Positions 44,111 to 57,432 of a DNA stretch of 64,000 nt are shown one piece after another; position 1 is the stretch's first letter; each line of letters begins with the position of its first letter. The DNA comes from Dimorphilus gyrociliatus. Lineage: Eukaryota; Animalia; Annelida. A model generated the notes under the pieces. It saw only the letters and a program-made list of their open reading frames with translations, ran no database searches and was not told where the DNA came from. A program made the position numbers and the translations under genes. Where the stretch lies: positions 2,594,946-2,658,945 of the forward strand of contig CAJFCJ010000006.1 of the NCBI GenBank assembly GCA_904063045.1, given 5' to 3'.

Positions 44111-44541
44111 TTAATTACTTGAAAAGCTGAGGAGTAAAAAGAGTCCGTGTTATATTATGGTGTATTCATTAAAATAAGTTTTTATTAAGATAAAGAAAAA
44201 CTTGTTAAAAATAAACGAAAATAATAAAGGTACTGCCGAATTCACAGAAGATGTTCTGTAGCATGAGAATTCGAATGACAATGTCTGAAACTTAGTGTAA
44301 ACAATGAAAGTACATTTATCATTTATTTCTTTACTAGAAAATAAATTCTTTAAATGACTGGAATAACTTAATAGAGTGTAATTTTGCGTTAGAAAATACG
44401 GAACCGGTATCCATACTTTTTTATACCCGGATGTTATTAATCCGCTGCTGAGCTTCCGGTTTTCGACTGTAAATATTTGCCTCATAACAAAAAATCGAGA
44501 AAAAAGCAGAATTTCAGACAACTTGATTATTTTTGCCTTAG

Positions 44542-46343
44542 ATGGGAGGTTGCGTAGGCAGTCCACGTAACGGATCCTCTAGAAATGGTGAATCGTCTGA
44601 TGGCCAAGGTATGATGTTTATAGATTTTTTCTGTAAATGGCGCGCCTTAGTTCATTGTTCATATTTTCTAATCTTAAATCTAAGCCTGACCCTTAAGTGT
44701 TTCTTGTAAGAAACGCTTGCTCCCACTGATGATAGAGTTGTTTAACAAGTACTCGACAGAGTCTATCTAAATACTTCAAATAGACTAAATGTTTAATCCT
44801 AGTTTGTTTTCACAAAGAAAAATAAATACACTCACTGTCTGTAATAGAGTATTGTTTACAAGACGTTTGTTACTTAATGGCCTTTTATGACCATACACGT
44901 TTAAATCTAGAAGACCTCTTGCAAAAATCCCTATTAGTATAAATTTACCATCTGTTTTGATAAACAATTAGGCTAATGTTGTGTATAATTTTTAGAACGT
45001 TAGGGTATATTTTAAATTTAAAGGTGTGTTCTTCTGTTGATCAGAGAAAAAGTCGGATTACTTTGCAAAATCGAACGTGACACGCCAAGGCAATCACAAT
45101 CGTCGCAGAATCATATAAAGAATTCTATTGCCTTAACATTTAAAAATATTATTAATAAATAAATATATATATATATACTTCTGGGAAGATTTTAAACGTT
45201 AGTTTATCCTCTAATAGATTTATTAAAAAAACAATTATTTGGCCCTTCCTTCATGCCTTAATCATGTCATAGGAGTGTTTCTTTTGTAAAATATGTGAAA
45301 ATTACATTGATAGTTTTCGTTGAACAAACTCGTCGTTTCTTTTATATCTAGATGAAATGAGAAAGTATAAAGGCCAAATGACAAGTTGTCAACCAACTAA
45401 TATTGCATAGCTATTAAACTACTCAATTTTACGTGCCCTTTTTCGTTTAATATTAAATATACATTACATCTTTTACTGGAAAGAAAAAAAGAATATATTC
45501 TCATTTTCGTGTTTTTTATAAATAAAAAAATTTAGTGCTTATATTATATAATCTACAGAAAGAGAAAGAAATATCTCAGATATATATATCGGATATATTC
45601 TATATAAATAGCTAATTTAATAAATAATTTTCTGCCTACTAAGTCCTACTTATTAGAAGAGTAAATAGAGGTCAAAACAAACTAGAGGCAAATGAAATCT
45701 TTATATATTATATTTGTTTTATATATCTAAATGCGCGTGTCTGGCCGTTGTTTTCTTTCTTTTTTTTTGTGTCTTTTTTAATAAATGTTGTCGTTTTTTC
45801 TCCCTTTTCTGTTAAAAAAAAGAAGAAAAAAAAACTAGTACAAATAGAACACGTCACGTTTACTAGAAATTACTGAAGAGTGTGTATGGCATAAAACTAA
45901 CTAGTTATCTATTGTAATAATTTTTTTTTTCTAGATACTTTATACCCTAAATTCTTTTTTATATCTATATATTTTGCTTCTTTAGCCAGTGTATTATAGC
46001 TTTAATTTATATATGTATATACAGTATATCTTCTAATACGATATAGAGAGGTTAATTTATCTTTAAAGAAGGAAGAAATTATACTTATGCATCTAATTGT
46101 AATACTAATACTTTCTTCTTTTTGTACTTGTTGTTATTTTTTTTTTAATTCAATTCTGTTAATATTTTTATACATATTGTATACACTTTAATAAAAAATA
46201 ATGGAGTATTTGATACACCGGCACAAACAAAAGTAATCTTTTTTTATATTATAAAAAGGAATTACTCAATATCATTCAATAGTTACTTTGTAATTTTTCT
46301 TTTACTATTACTGTCAACATTAGACAGTTTTCAAAGTAAAGTG

Positions 46344-46384
<41 letters not shown>

Positions 46385-47858
46385 TTATAAGCAATATTGT
46401 AGAAACATTATTCATTCAATAAACTATGTCACATATACTAGATTATTTAGGTGGATTATCAGATAGTCGGCTGTTTTATATTGGGTTAAACGTAGATTAT
46501 CGCAAATCAAATTCAACTGTAGGTATACATAAGATAACAAATTTTATACTAATGATGACGTCTACAATTATTTAATTATATTCAATTAATTTAATCACGT
46601 GATTTGACTTGCTTCTATTATTGATTTTCACAGGAAATTAAACAACCTTTGAAAATTATTATATTTTATTCTATTAATAATGCATAGTTAAGGGATAATA
46701 TTATAATCTTTATTATATCCCCTGTAAAGACGGTGTTTGGATAATAATGAGGGTATTGTTAGAAAAATAACTTGGAAAATGGTAGCGATCACGGATGACG
46801 TTCTAGTCAGAAATCAATACACTAAAAGAATAGAATTTAAAGAAGAGGTAGTACTAGTCGTAGAGAAAGAAAGGGCTGGTATTGTGGGATATAAGCGCAG
46901 AGATATCGGATACGCCCAGAACTATTAGCAAGAGGGAGCAGGGAGAGGTAATACACATATAGTAAAAAAAAAAAAGAAAGTGGGCGAGGGGAGGGGGGCA
47001 CAAGAGTGGGAGGAGAATGGAAGCAGGTGTTGGAAGGATTGTGGCCGTTGAACGCTGGGATTATACCGATTAGTTTTTTAAGTATCATAAAGAAGAAAGA
47101 AAATAATAAACGTCCCAACATTTTGATTCATTGAAGTGTAACTAGTTGTTTTCGCATAAAAGTCATTGTTACTCCCTTGCATGAGCAAATAATTAGTTGA
47201 TTTGAATGCTTAATTAAAACTTTCTCAACTCAATGAATTGGAAAAAGAAAATTGACAAATCTTTTATTGCACTTTCAGTTTAAACTAGTTATATAGATAT
47301 ATAACAATCATTTTAAATAGGTTATAAAAAATAAAATAGTACCATTCACTTCCATATACATACTTTAATAGGTTATATAAAAGAGAAATAGTAAAATTTT
47401 CATACATATTACTTGTTTAAAATATAGTTTTAAACATACAAAAGAAACAGAATATTGAATTTTAACATGTATTTAAATATTATATGTACATGTGTACAGT
47501 ATAAATTTATATATATATATATATATTATCATTGTTCTCGTTATTCCGCTTTTTCCAATAGATGAATAGATAAATTCTTAATTCTTAATACCAGTTACGT
47601 TAATACAAATATTATTAACTTTATGATTCTATTTTTATTTTATTGAAGATAGATAATTCCCCTTTAAATATATGTATTTCTATATACAGTATATATATAT
47701 CGTATAAATAGATATAATTAATTTTTTTTATATACAAGCTGCATTATTTATATTTTAAAATAAAATAACGTATAAACTATATATCATACAATATTAGCAT
47801 GGTTTAATTAAACCTGTAAAGTACAATGGGCATAAAAGTGGATAGAAAACAGAGAGTC

Positions 47859-47897
<39 letters not shown>

Positions 47898-47912
47898 GAA
47901 ACAAAAAAAAAG

Positions 47913-47951
<39 letters not shown>

Positions 47952-48873
47952 AAAGAAAGGAAGTAAAATAATTTACTCTCCCTTAATTAGATTAAAGTAA
48001 TTTTGCTATTGCTTGTACGTATATTTGAAAAATCAATTGTTCATGTATAAAAAGAAATCTATACAAGTTATTTCGATGTAAATAAACTCTAATTATATTT
48101 AATTTTCATCTTTACCTTTCCTCTTTTAAACATATTCTCGTCATTTGTACAAGATATTTATTTATTTTATAAATTATTACGAAATTATTATAATATTACT
48201 TATACGGATAATAAGTTGAAGTGTTTCTTTACTTAATACAGTCGCTGTTGGCCGTAATCAACCGTTAAAGCCAGATAGGCATCGCTGGTCGAGCGAAGTA
48301 CCATGGTCTAGAAAAAAATTAGAAGCTGAACGAGAAGCTTTTTGGGACACTGCACCTGCGTATGATGGAAGACGAGAAATTTGGGATGCCTTGAAAGCGG
48401 CTGCTGATGCAGTTGAAAGTGGTGACGTCCAAATGGCCCAGGCCATACTAGACGGCGCAAATGTTAGCCTCCCAAACGGAACACTTATGGACTGTTATGA
48501 TGAATTAGGTACTCATTATTCTCTACCAAAATACGCCGTTGTTCCACCAAATAACTTGACTAGCGATGAACAACTAGAAAACACACCTAAAGAAGAGAGA
48601 CAAGAATCTAGGTGCCCACCAGGTGCCCATGTACCAATAAAATTTCGACTGTATGGAAATCGGGATGTAAGATTAGTTGTTAGAACCACCGATACGGTTG
48701 CAGCAGTTAAAGAACAATTATGTAATGAGGAAGGTATCGAAGCTTCGAAGCAACGTTGGTACTTTTCAGGTAGACATTTAAAAGATAGAATGCGAATCGA
48801 GGAAGCTAAAATCCCTAAGGGTTTCGTTGTACAAGTTATCATCAACGACGCACCGTCTAGCGTATCCAATTGA
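44542..48873 (+). CDS. UBTD2: Ubiquitin domain-containing protein (UBTD1/2, DC-UbP), 2 exons
   Basis: Exon 44542-44608 (MGGCVGS...) joins exon 48242-48873 in phase 1 (VAVGRNQPLK..FWDTAP..GRREIWDALKAA, CYDELG..Y.LP, C-terminal ubiquitin-like domain). Confidence 0.93.
47848..47960. repeat. (GA)n / poly(A) compound purine tract in the UBTD2 intron
   Basis: Directly visible. Confidence 0.85.
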
Positions 48874-49885
48874 GAATCGTAGAATATTAATTCTTTTTTA
48901 TTTTTATCCCACCATCAAAAAGAGAACTTTTAAAAAAATGAAAAAATGGCTCTATTTCATAAGTCATTTCTCTGTCTCTCATTTTATCCTACTTAAAATC
49001 CTTACCTTAGTATTCCACCCTTTCTTCCTTATTAAACTATTCTCTATGTGGAAGACAACAGAGAATGAAAACTAGTACAAATTCTCTATTTTAGACAAAT
49101 AAGAAGGCGTTCAATTATAACGAACAAAAATACTATTTTATCCTAATTAACTTATTGAATTGAAATTCGAAAGCGGTTCTTAAAAAGAAATTGCTTCTCT
49201 TCTCTCTCGTTCCCACTTCCCACTTTTCCTCTCTCTCTCTCTCTCTCTCTCTCCCCATCTCTCCTTTTATCATCCCACCGCAACTCATCCATTTTTTTTT
49301 TTACATTTTCATTCATTCATTCTTTCTCTCTCTATCTATCTATCTTTCTGTACATATTCTTTATTTTATTATCATATGGAATAGTGCCATTTTTCTATTA
49401 TACCTTTTTTTCTTTATAACCCTTTCAAGAAGATAATGAAAAGAAAAAGAATAAAAAGGGATAAAAAAGAAAGGATATTAAAAATTGAATATTTTTTTTC
49501 GGAAACTATATGACAATAAAGAAAATGAATTTATAAAAAATTACAAATTACAACTAGTCGAAATTTATGGAAAATCTAAGCAAAATATAAATTGGAAATC
49601 AAATTTCTTTTTTTTTTTGTGTGCGTGTTTGTTTGTTTGTTTGTTTTATAAAAACAAAACAAAAAGGACAGTATGATATCTAATTAAATATAAATATTAA
49701 CAAATTAATTTATGCAGACTGATTTCATGAACAACTTAGATTTTTAACATGCTATTTGTTCAGTGTTTTTTTTTTTAAAAAAACTATGATAAATAATTAA
49801 TTTTTCTATTTTCTTTTATTTTTCTTTTTTTGTTTCTGCTGTAAATTTTTAAATATATTTAAAAGAATATAATAATATTGTTGCC

Positions 49886-49940
49886 ACTACTACTACTACT
49901 ACTACCACCACCACCAACAACAACAACAACAACAACAACA
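49886..49940. repeat. Compound trinucleotide microsatellite (ACT)n(ACC)n(AAC)n
   Basis: Directly visible stepwise change of repeat unit. Confidence 0.9.
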
Positions 49941-52900
49941 ATAGTTTAATTGGGGTAAAAGCGAAAGAAGAAAATAAAAAGAAAATATATTTAATTTTTG
50001 AATGAGAATAATAAAGAGAAATGTAATTTTTTGGTTATTTTTGTCTTGAAATATATAATTATTCCTTTATTTGTTTATTAATCTATTATTTTTTTTTTTT
50101 TGTTATTTGTGTTTCTTCTGAGTTTTACAGAAAGAAAATATTTTTTGTGTTAATTTCCATCTTGTGGAATACAAATTTGATACTCTATTAATTATATTTA
50201 TAAGGTTTGTTTCTTAAACGATGCAAAATATTGAAGGATACAAGACGTAAACATAAACGTATATATTTAGATGTTAAAAAAAAAAAAAAGACTAGGAAAA
50301 ATATTTTTTCGGAAAAACCTTGTCCCCATTGTACACTAAAAGGATAATACCTTATTTAAATAAATGTAATTATAGGGAAACGATAAAGAGGAGAAGATAT
50401 CATATATTTAATATCATATAGTTGTTAATAACACTTTGTATAGAATAATATGGAGACATTCTCTTTTTTTTCGGACAATTTAATAAAGTTTAAACGAAAC
50501 TTTTTTTTGTAAGTGTTTATTATATAATAATTATCTTTTTTTCAATATATTCACAGTAAATTCAGTAGATTTAATAGAAAATACAAAAAAAAAATAACAA
50601 AGGTATTATTAGCTATTCGACTGTTAAGTAATCTTTGATAGTAAAGTGTTTTCTTTTTTTTGCTACTTGTTTACCTTTTAAAGTACAAGGTTTAAAATTT
50701 ACATGATGAAAAAGCAGAGAAAAGAGAGAGGGAGAGAGAATTAGACTCTTGAAAAACACTTATTCAACAGGGAAAGAGGTGTGTGACTTGTTTTTCTTCC
50801 ACATGCTACAACTGTTTTAGTTTTAATTGGATATTTATTATTGGATAAATTTGCCAAGTTGTTCATTAATTATGTTTCTATTTTTACATTGTGTCCAGTA
50901 TATATACTGTATTTATTTATATATTCTTTATGAATGTCCTTTTTTTAGGAGTATAAAGAATAACAGAAAGAATACAATGTATATAATGTATATATATATA
51001 TATATATATAAATGTACACTGATTGCAGTTGATATAAAAAGAGGGTTAGCATATGGCGCTTAATGCTTTGAACTTTATTTATTTATACGTACGTACAAAC
51101 ATTTACAGCTTACTGTTTATATTCTATATACATTTTGTGTATATATATTTTGGATCTAATTCTAAAAGTTTTCTTAATTGCATTCCCAGGTTATAAAATT
51201 AATTACAAAAGATATATCGGTTGTATGTTAGAGAGATTATTTATAACACATGTACATACAGAATTACTGCTCCTCCCCCGCCTACTCTCTCTCTCTCTCT
51301 CTCTCTTTGTCTGTCTTTCCGATGTCTTAACTATATGTATATTATATACAGAGATTTACTTAAAAAATTATTTGACAGAGATAAAAACAAACAAAAAAGC
51401 ATAAACTGGGTAAAGGGGATTACAGGTTTTTTTCTCCCAGTTGTCCTTTCCTTCAATAGGGAGAAATAGTAATTTATTTCTCCAAAGAACAAACTCAATT
51501 CTTTCGTCCAAGTTTGTTTAGAATTAACAATATTTCTACTATTTATAATATGGCTCCGTCTTTTCTTTGTCAAGAAAGAAGTATATTATCATATTACAAC
51601 AGATAACTTAAGAATATCAATATTAAATCATCTTTCTATATAAAATGAGTGAATTTATGTTTTATTCTAACATTCTTTGCAGTGTTTTGTTGCAATTAAA
51701 TAGCAACTAAATGTTGTTGAATTTGAAAAAACTTACCGTTACTGATGAATATTTGAAAACAAGATTAATATTGAATATCTAACAAGGAAAAAGTTAATAA
51801 ATGACAAAACAAAAAGCTTGTTTAGAATTTAAAAACTCGCTTATAATCCTATTCAAGGTCTTCCCTTACATTATCATTACCCTTTTATGATATCCGACAT
51901 ACTTTACTAATAAAGTACACTAGGAGAGATGAAAATAGCATTAAACGAATATAAAACAATAAAGGATATTGGTGTAGGAAAGAAGATAAAATATAAAAGA
52001 AACTTTTTACCCCTCTGCCCAAGTTAACAGACTTAATTATATTTAATAAAAGGGAGCTTCAAAAGGAGGTACTTGGGTACTTGATGTTCTATTTAAAATT
52101 TAATAAATTATAAAGAAATAGCCAAATATAACTATCTTAAGAATGATTAGACTATAACAAGGAAATTAGCGGGAAATCGATAACCTAATTCCCAGTACTA
52201 AGGCATAAAGATGGAAATAGAGAGAAAGAAAGGGGGCGGGGGGAAAGAGGAAGAGAAAGAAAATAAAGAACGAAAGCTTACGAAAAATGATATTAGATTT
52301 TATTCTACTATTGTTATACCTCTTCCCCTAAAAGTTAAGCATGAATCTTTTATAAGTATTATAAATGAAGAATTAATTAGCTATTGACTTTTCGAAAGAG
52401 AAGCAATATATTTAACAAATATACCTTTAAGCATTAGAAAGTACCTTAAAAATGTAAGTATACTGAATACTTAGTATGTATGTAGTAATTATAAACACTA
52501 TAGAGCTGGTAACTGGATGACTGGTTAAGCTGTCTATAGTGTTTTTTCATTTATTTCCTTCATTAAAGCGTAAAATTGAATTGTCAGACAAAGAATTCTA
52601 ATATCATTTAATAAAGCGGAAGAAACAATGAAACATAAATATAATCATAATTGTGATTATGATGGCGATGATAAGAATAAATAATTCCTCTGTTATTTGT
52701 ATTTTTTTAATATTTTAAATCCGTATCGGTAGCTCTATGAAGAGATATTTCCTCTCTCCTAAATACTAAGATAGAGATTATTATTGTAAATATTCATAAT
52801 ATTCGAAAATTATTTATCATATTTTATATTAAATATCTTAATTATTCTTTGTTTGTAGTGTCATCTATAGACTATTTATATACGGAACATTAATTTATAT

Positions 52901-54738
52901 ACTAATATGTACAGTATATATATATATTCTAATTTAATACAGAGTACAGATGGCGCAAAAGTAACTTAATGTTTTAAAAGTCTTTTTCTTTGTTTCCTAC
53001 TTTAGTTCTACCATCCTACTGTATATACATGTTTTGTTTTATTATGAAAACGATGATGACATTACAGTTATCTTTCTACACTGATAAAGTAATTATGAAT
53101 ATTACAGTATGAGAAAATGAGAGAAAAGAAAGATAAGAGTATTATTAATAAATGAGTAATTAAAACTTTAACCATTCCTGTATTATTTTTTTATTATAAA
53201 TTTAATGAGTCCTTGAGATATCTATTTATTTATTATTACCATGTGTAAACATGATTATTAATGGTAGAAATATGCGGTTCTCTTGTTATTTGAACTCTAT
53301 CAGAATTGAACATTTATGCACTTAACAAGACGTTGTTTTTTATGTTTATCTATTGATATAACGTTTCTCTAATATAAATTTTGTTTTTATTAAAAAAAAA
53401 ATGTCTTCAATTGACTATCAGAATAATATTTACGTAATGATAAGATGAATATGTAGTAATGATTCAATGCAGTATATTTTAATATTATTATTATTCTTTT
53501 AAAAAGAATCGATATGATTGGAAACAAAGTTAAAAAAGGTTAACCCTGTAATGAATAGCGGACAGATGGAGAGAATGAAAAAGTAAGAATTTTCGTATAA
53601 TTTCTCTAGAAGATGGCTAATTAAATATTATTTCTCGTAGTTTTTTTAACATCTTACTAAATTTTTAATCGCTATCTTTGTACGATAGTTATCAGTTTAG
53701 AGCGGAGTTGTATTCTTCCTTGTATTAAAAACAACAATAAAAGTTTCAATAATAACTTTCAAGAACTTCTTAAAATCAAATCCTTATCAAAGCTAATGAT
53801 TAATTGTTTTCTTTTTTTAAATGTAATATATTTCTATACGAGTATTCATAGAATTTTCTGTTAATTACAATTAAATTATTATATGATTAAAACGTTTAGC
53901 AGAATTCTTTTGAAATTTTTTACACATCTGGTTATCGATAAAACTATTACTGCAATATTTTCAAGCCAATTCACCTCTTTTCAACTTAAACAATGGACAT
54001 TTGTTAACCATCGTGATATGTGAATGGACGAATTAAAATTCGTACAACTGTTTACATAAAGTTCAAAATTTAATTTATGCAAATGTAGCTTTTCTTAGAA
54101 TTATCATCTGAATTCAGAGAAAAACTAGTTTCTATATTTTATGATTTTAATATGATAAATTCGTCAACTTAGAATGTTAGCTCTGTTTTGTAGATATGTA
54201 AGTTTTTGTTAATTTAAAATTTTTTAGCAAAACATTCTGAAAAAAAACTCTAACAGTTTTCGGTATTATTGTTTTTATTTGATTGTCAAGGACACTGGTT
54301 TAGACGTAATACGCATCATTATCGAAAAACCTTTACCAAAAAACATCAAAATCTTCAAAATTTACATATTTCGGACTTATCAGACTAACATCTAAGAAAT
54401 TTATCTGTTTGAAAATACAACTTTGAGCCTCAAAGATGGCAAAAGTTATGGGAATTGGTTGTTGACGCCCTGTACTCATCTACATCATATACATTCAAGC
54501 TCGAGGAACGATTATTTATTGCTTTAGAAACAGACGATCATATTAGTAATAATTAATCTTGAAAGGTTAATTTTTGAAGGAGAAAATGCGCAATAATGCT
54601 GAACATTAAATTTGTGCTAATCATCGTTATATACTTGACTTTATTTTGCTACGAGAAAGGTTATTTACCCAAAAACATATATCATTCTTTTATTGTTGAA
54701 CCCAGTTATGGATATAATTAAATTTTAATAATTTCAGA

Positions 54739-55591
54739 TTGCTCTCCAACCCCCTGTATTGATAATGACCCATATAGAAATTGTACAGAGTCAACAGAAA
54801 AGCCAGCGTCCAGAGCGAACTTGGCTTGGCTAGTAACACCAGCCGTGTTAGGTCTGTATAAGTATAATCTTTATTATAAACATATATATTGTATATATTA
54901 GGTCTGGAAAGAATTATTTCCGATATCAGTTACATTTCTATTGTTTTTGCGTAACATAACTTTCGTTTTGTTTTCTATTTATGGAAAATAGTTTATGAAA
55001 TATGATTATTTAAGTCTACTGATATTTATAGGACTGGGACTGGTGTATCTTGTTTATAAATGCTGTCGAGATGGTCTCTGCAATTGGAAACGGTTAAGGG
55101 AAAGTCACTTACCGCATCCATCTTATAGGCCAGTCGAATCCATATCGTCTAGAACAACGAGTCGTTTTACTGCTGGGGGAAGAGATCTGATGTTGGTAAC
55201 AAATCATCGATTATCGCTCTCCGTCTACGATCCGTCACCACCACCACCTTATAGCCGTGATGAAACTAGATTCGCTTTTGATCTAACTCCAATTCCTCCA
55301 GAATATGTAGAAAGAAATAATAGTTGTTTACCCCCTCCGTTCCGATCAAGGAATAATACCGGTGAAGAAAATTCAGATAAAAGGATACGACATAGTTCCG
55401 AAAAATGTGAAAGGAGGAATACATGGTCTGGAAGGCGACGAAGACATGCAAGCCACGATAACGGTGTTCTCACATCAAGATTGAGAAGGAACACCGGCGA
55501 AATGATGTCTGGAAATGTTAATCCCTTAGCCCTTGAAGTAACTAATCTAGATGAACAGGAGAATCTTTTACCGATTACAATAGAAAAATAG
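54739..55591 (+). CDS. Single-pass membrane protein with cytoplasmic PY motifs; 5' exon(s) not located
   Basis: Exon from 54739 (CSPTPCIDNDPYRNCTES..LAWLVTPAVL) spliced to an exon from about 55032 (GLGLVYLVYKCC..). This gives a TM helix, a juxtamembrane CC, PPPPPYS and PPEY. Confidence 0.7.
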
Positions 55592-57432
55592 AAGCTCATA
55601 TTTGGGAAGATATAAACTGAGTTCTTTTTTTTTTGTATTTCTTTACACAGTTATTTTTTTCTTGTATGTTTCTTTTTTTGGCCAGCTAAATAATACTTGT
55701 TTTTCTTTTATCAATCTCTTTGACTCTTCTCCTAGCTTGGGAGAAGACGAAATAAGAAATCTCTTCTTTATTTTTTTAAACAAAGCTGACAGTTGACATT
55801 AGAACTCGATTTTTAGTTGATAACTTGAGCAATAGAGAAAAATAATACCCTGTATAATAATATATATATACAGTATATATATATATATATATATATATAC
55901 TGTATATGGCACATATTGTGTATTATTCTTTCATCTCATTTCTAACAAAAGATAACGTTCTAACTTAAATGCACTTCCTCTTTCCTCTCTATTTAATTGA
56001 AATGGCTATATTATATTCATAATTTTTTCTCTCCGCTTACTTTCAACCTTTCTTTCTCGGGTTTATTATTATTATTATTATTCATTTTCGCTTATAATAT
56101 CTATATTTTTCTTTTTAAACTTTCTCCTAATTTTTTCTAAAAGAAAAGCAAAAATAGAGTATTGCTATTTTATGATGTTAAACATAAAACTATATAAATA
56201 TGAAATCTAAATGAACGAAGATATTAAAAAGTATTAGTATTTTATAGCCGCGTTTCTGAACACAAAAAAAAAATAAAACAGCTGCCATAAAATTATATTC
56301 CATGTAAATTTTATACAGTAAGCAATATACGTTTATCTCAACGTAGTACTATTGAATTTTTCAATTTATCTATTATCTAAGCTCGGAGATCTTTACTTTT
56401 ATAGATTTCCATTTGTTAAAATCTAAAAGGTAATATCTTGATTTTTGCTCTATTTTAATTCCAAGATATTTTATAATTTACTAAAGGATCTATGTCTCTT
56501 CTTACATTTTCAACCCTATTTACACATTAAGATAAGTAATCAAAGTGAATGATCTGACAAGGGACTGGTCAATGTAGTATGACGTAGTTTCTTTTAAGCT
56601 ACTGTCTTCACTTAAAATTACTATAGTTTTTTATATACTGCAAAGGCTGAGATTTTCTTCGGGGAAAATGATGGAAAATAAACCGAAAATGATTATAAGA
56701 AAAGAGGCCGCGTAAGCTTCGTCAGATGGCGCTTATTATCGTTTTAAAACTAGTTGACAGTCACTTTAATATATAATATCAAAGTTATCCTTAGACTTTT
56801 ACCTATTACCTGATAAAATCGAGAACGATTTGTACCTGTTATAGAGGATCATGATAAGGCGACCTGTTTCTTTTAGTCCGTTGTTGAACCTGTAAATATT
56901 GACGCAATTATTCACTTTCAATGCGCAAATTATAAAGACATATATTTAGATTTAAAGCATATATTTACGAGATTTATTTTTTTCTCTGGGGATTCCACCT
57001 GCTTATCTCGTACGCGTAGGTTTATGTACTATATATATATATATATATATATATGTAGGTTAGAATCAATTGAAATCTAATGCTTTCAGATTATTTAAGA
57101 GTTATACTAATGGTTAGGGAACATAAAATTAAAAAATGATTTGTCAACAGAAGTGTTGGGGGTTAGGGTAAGGGAAAAGTTGTAGATATATTGTATTACA
57201 TGTATTATCCTGTATATCAAAATATAAATACTTTGTATACAAAATACATGAATACTAATAGGTTGTGTATATAAAAGAAATTGCAAGTTAATATTTAATA
57301 TAGTACATTCAAGGTATACTTGATAATTCTCGAAGTAATGTTAAGTATATACACTTTTTGTATTGGATAATTAAGTTTACATATACACATTAGTTTTCTC
57401 AATACAATTATATACATGAAAATTAGGCGTTT

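Noticed and set aside
46700-46930. APE-endonuclease-like words (RYLCAYIP, TVFTGD) on the minus strand
   Set aside because: Five stops between the motifs and spacing too long; not supportable as a LINE endonuclease.
48900-54200. Short ORFs (60-90 aa) in the long AT-rich tract
   Set aside because: Low-complexity, no motifs or splice support; treated as 3' UTR/intergenic sequence.
57157-57174. Telomere-like GGGGGTTAGGGTAAGGG
   Set aside because: Only one exact TTAGGG unit, which is compatible with chance.
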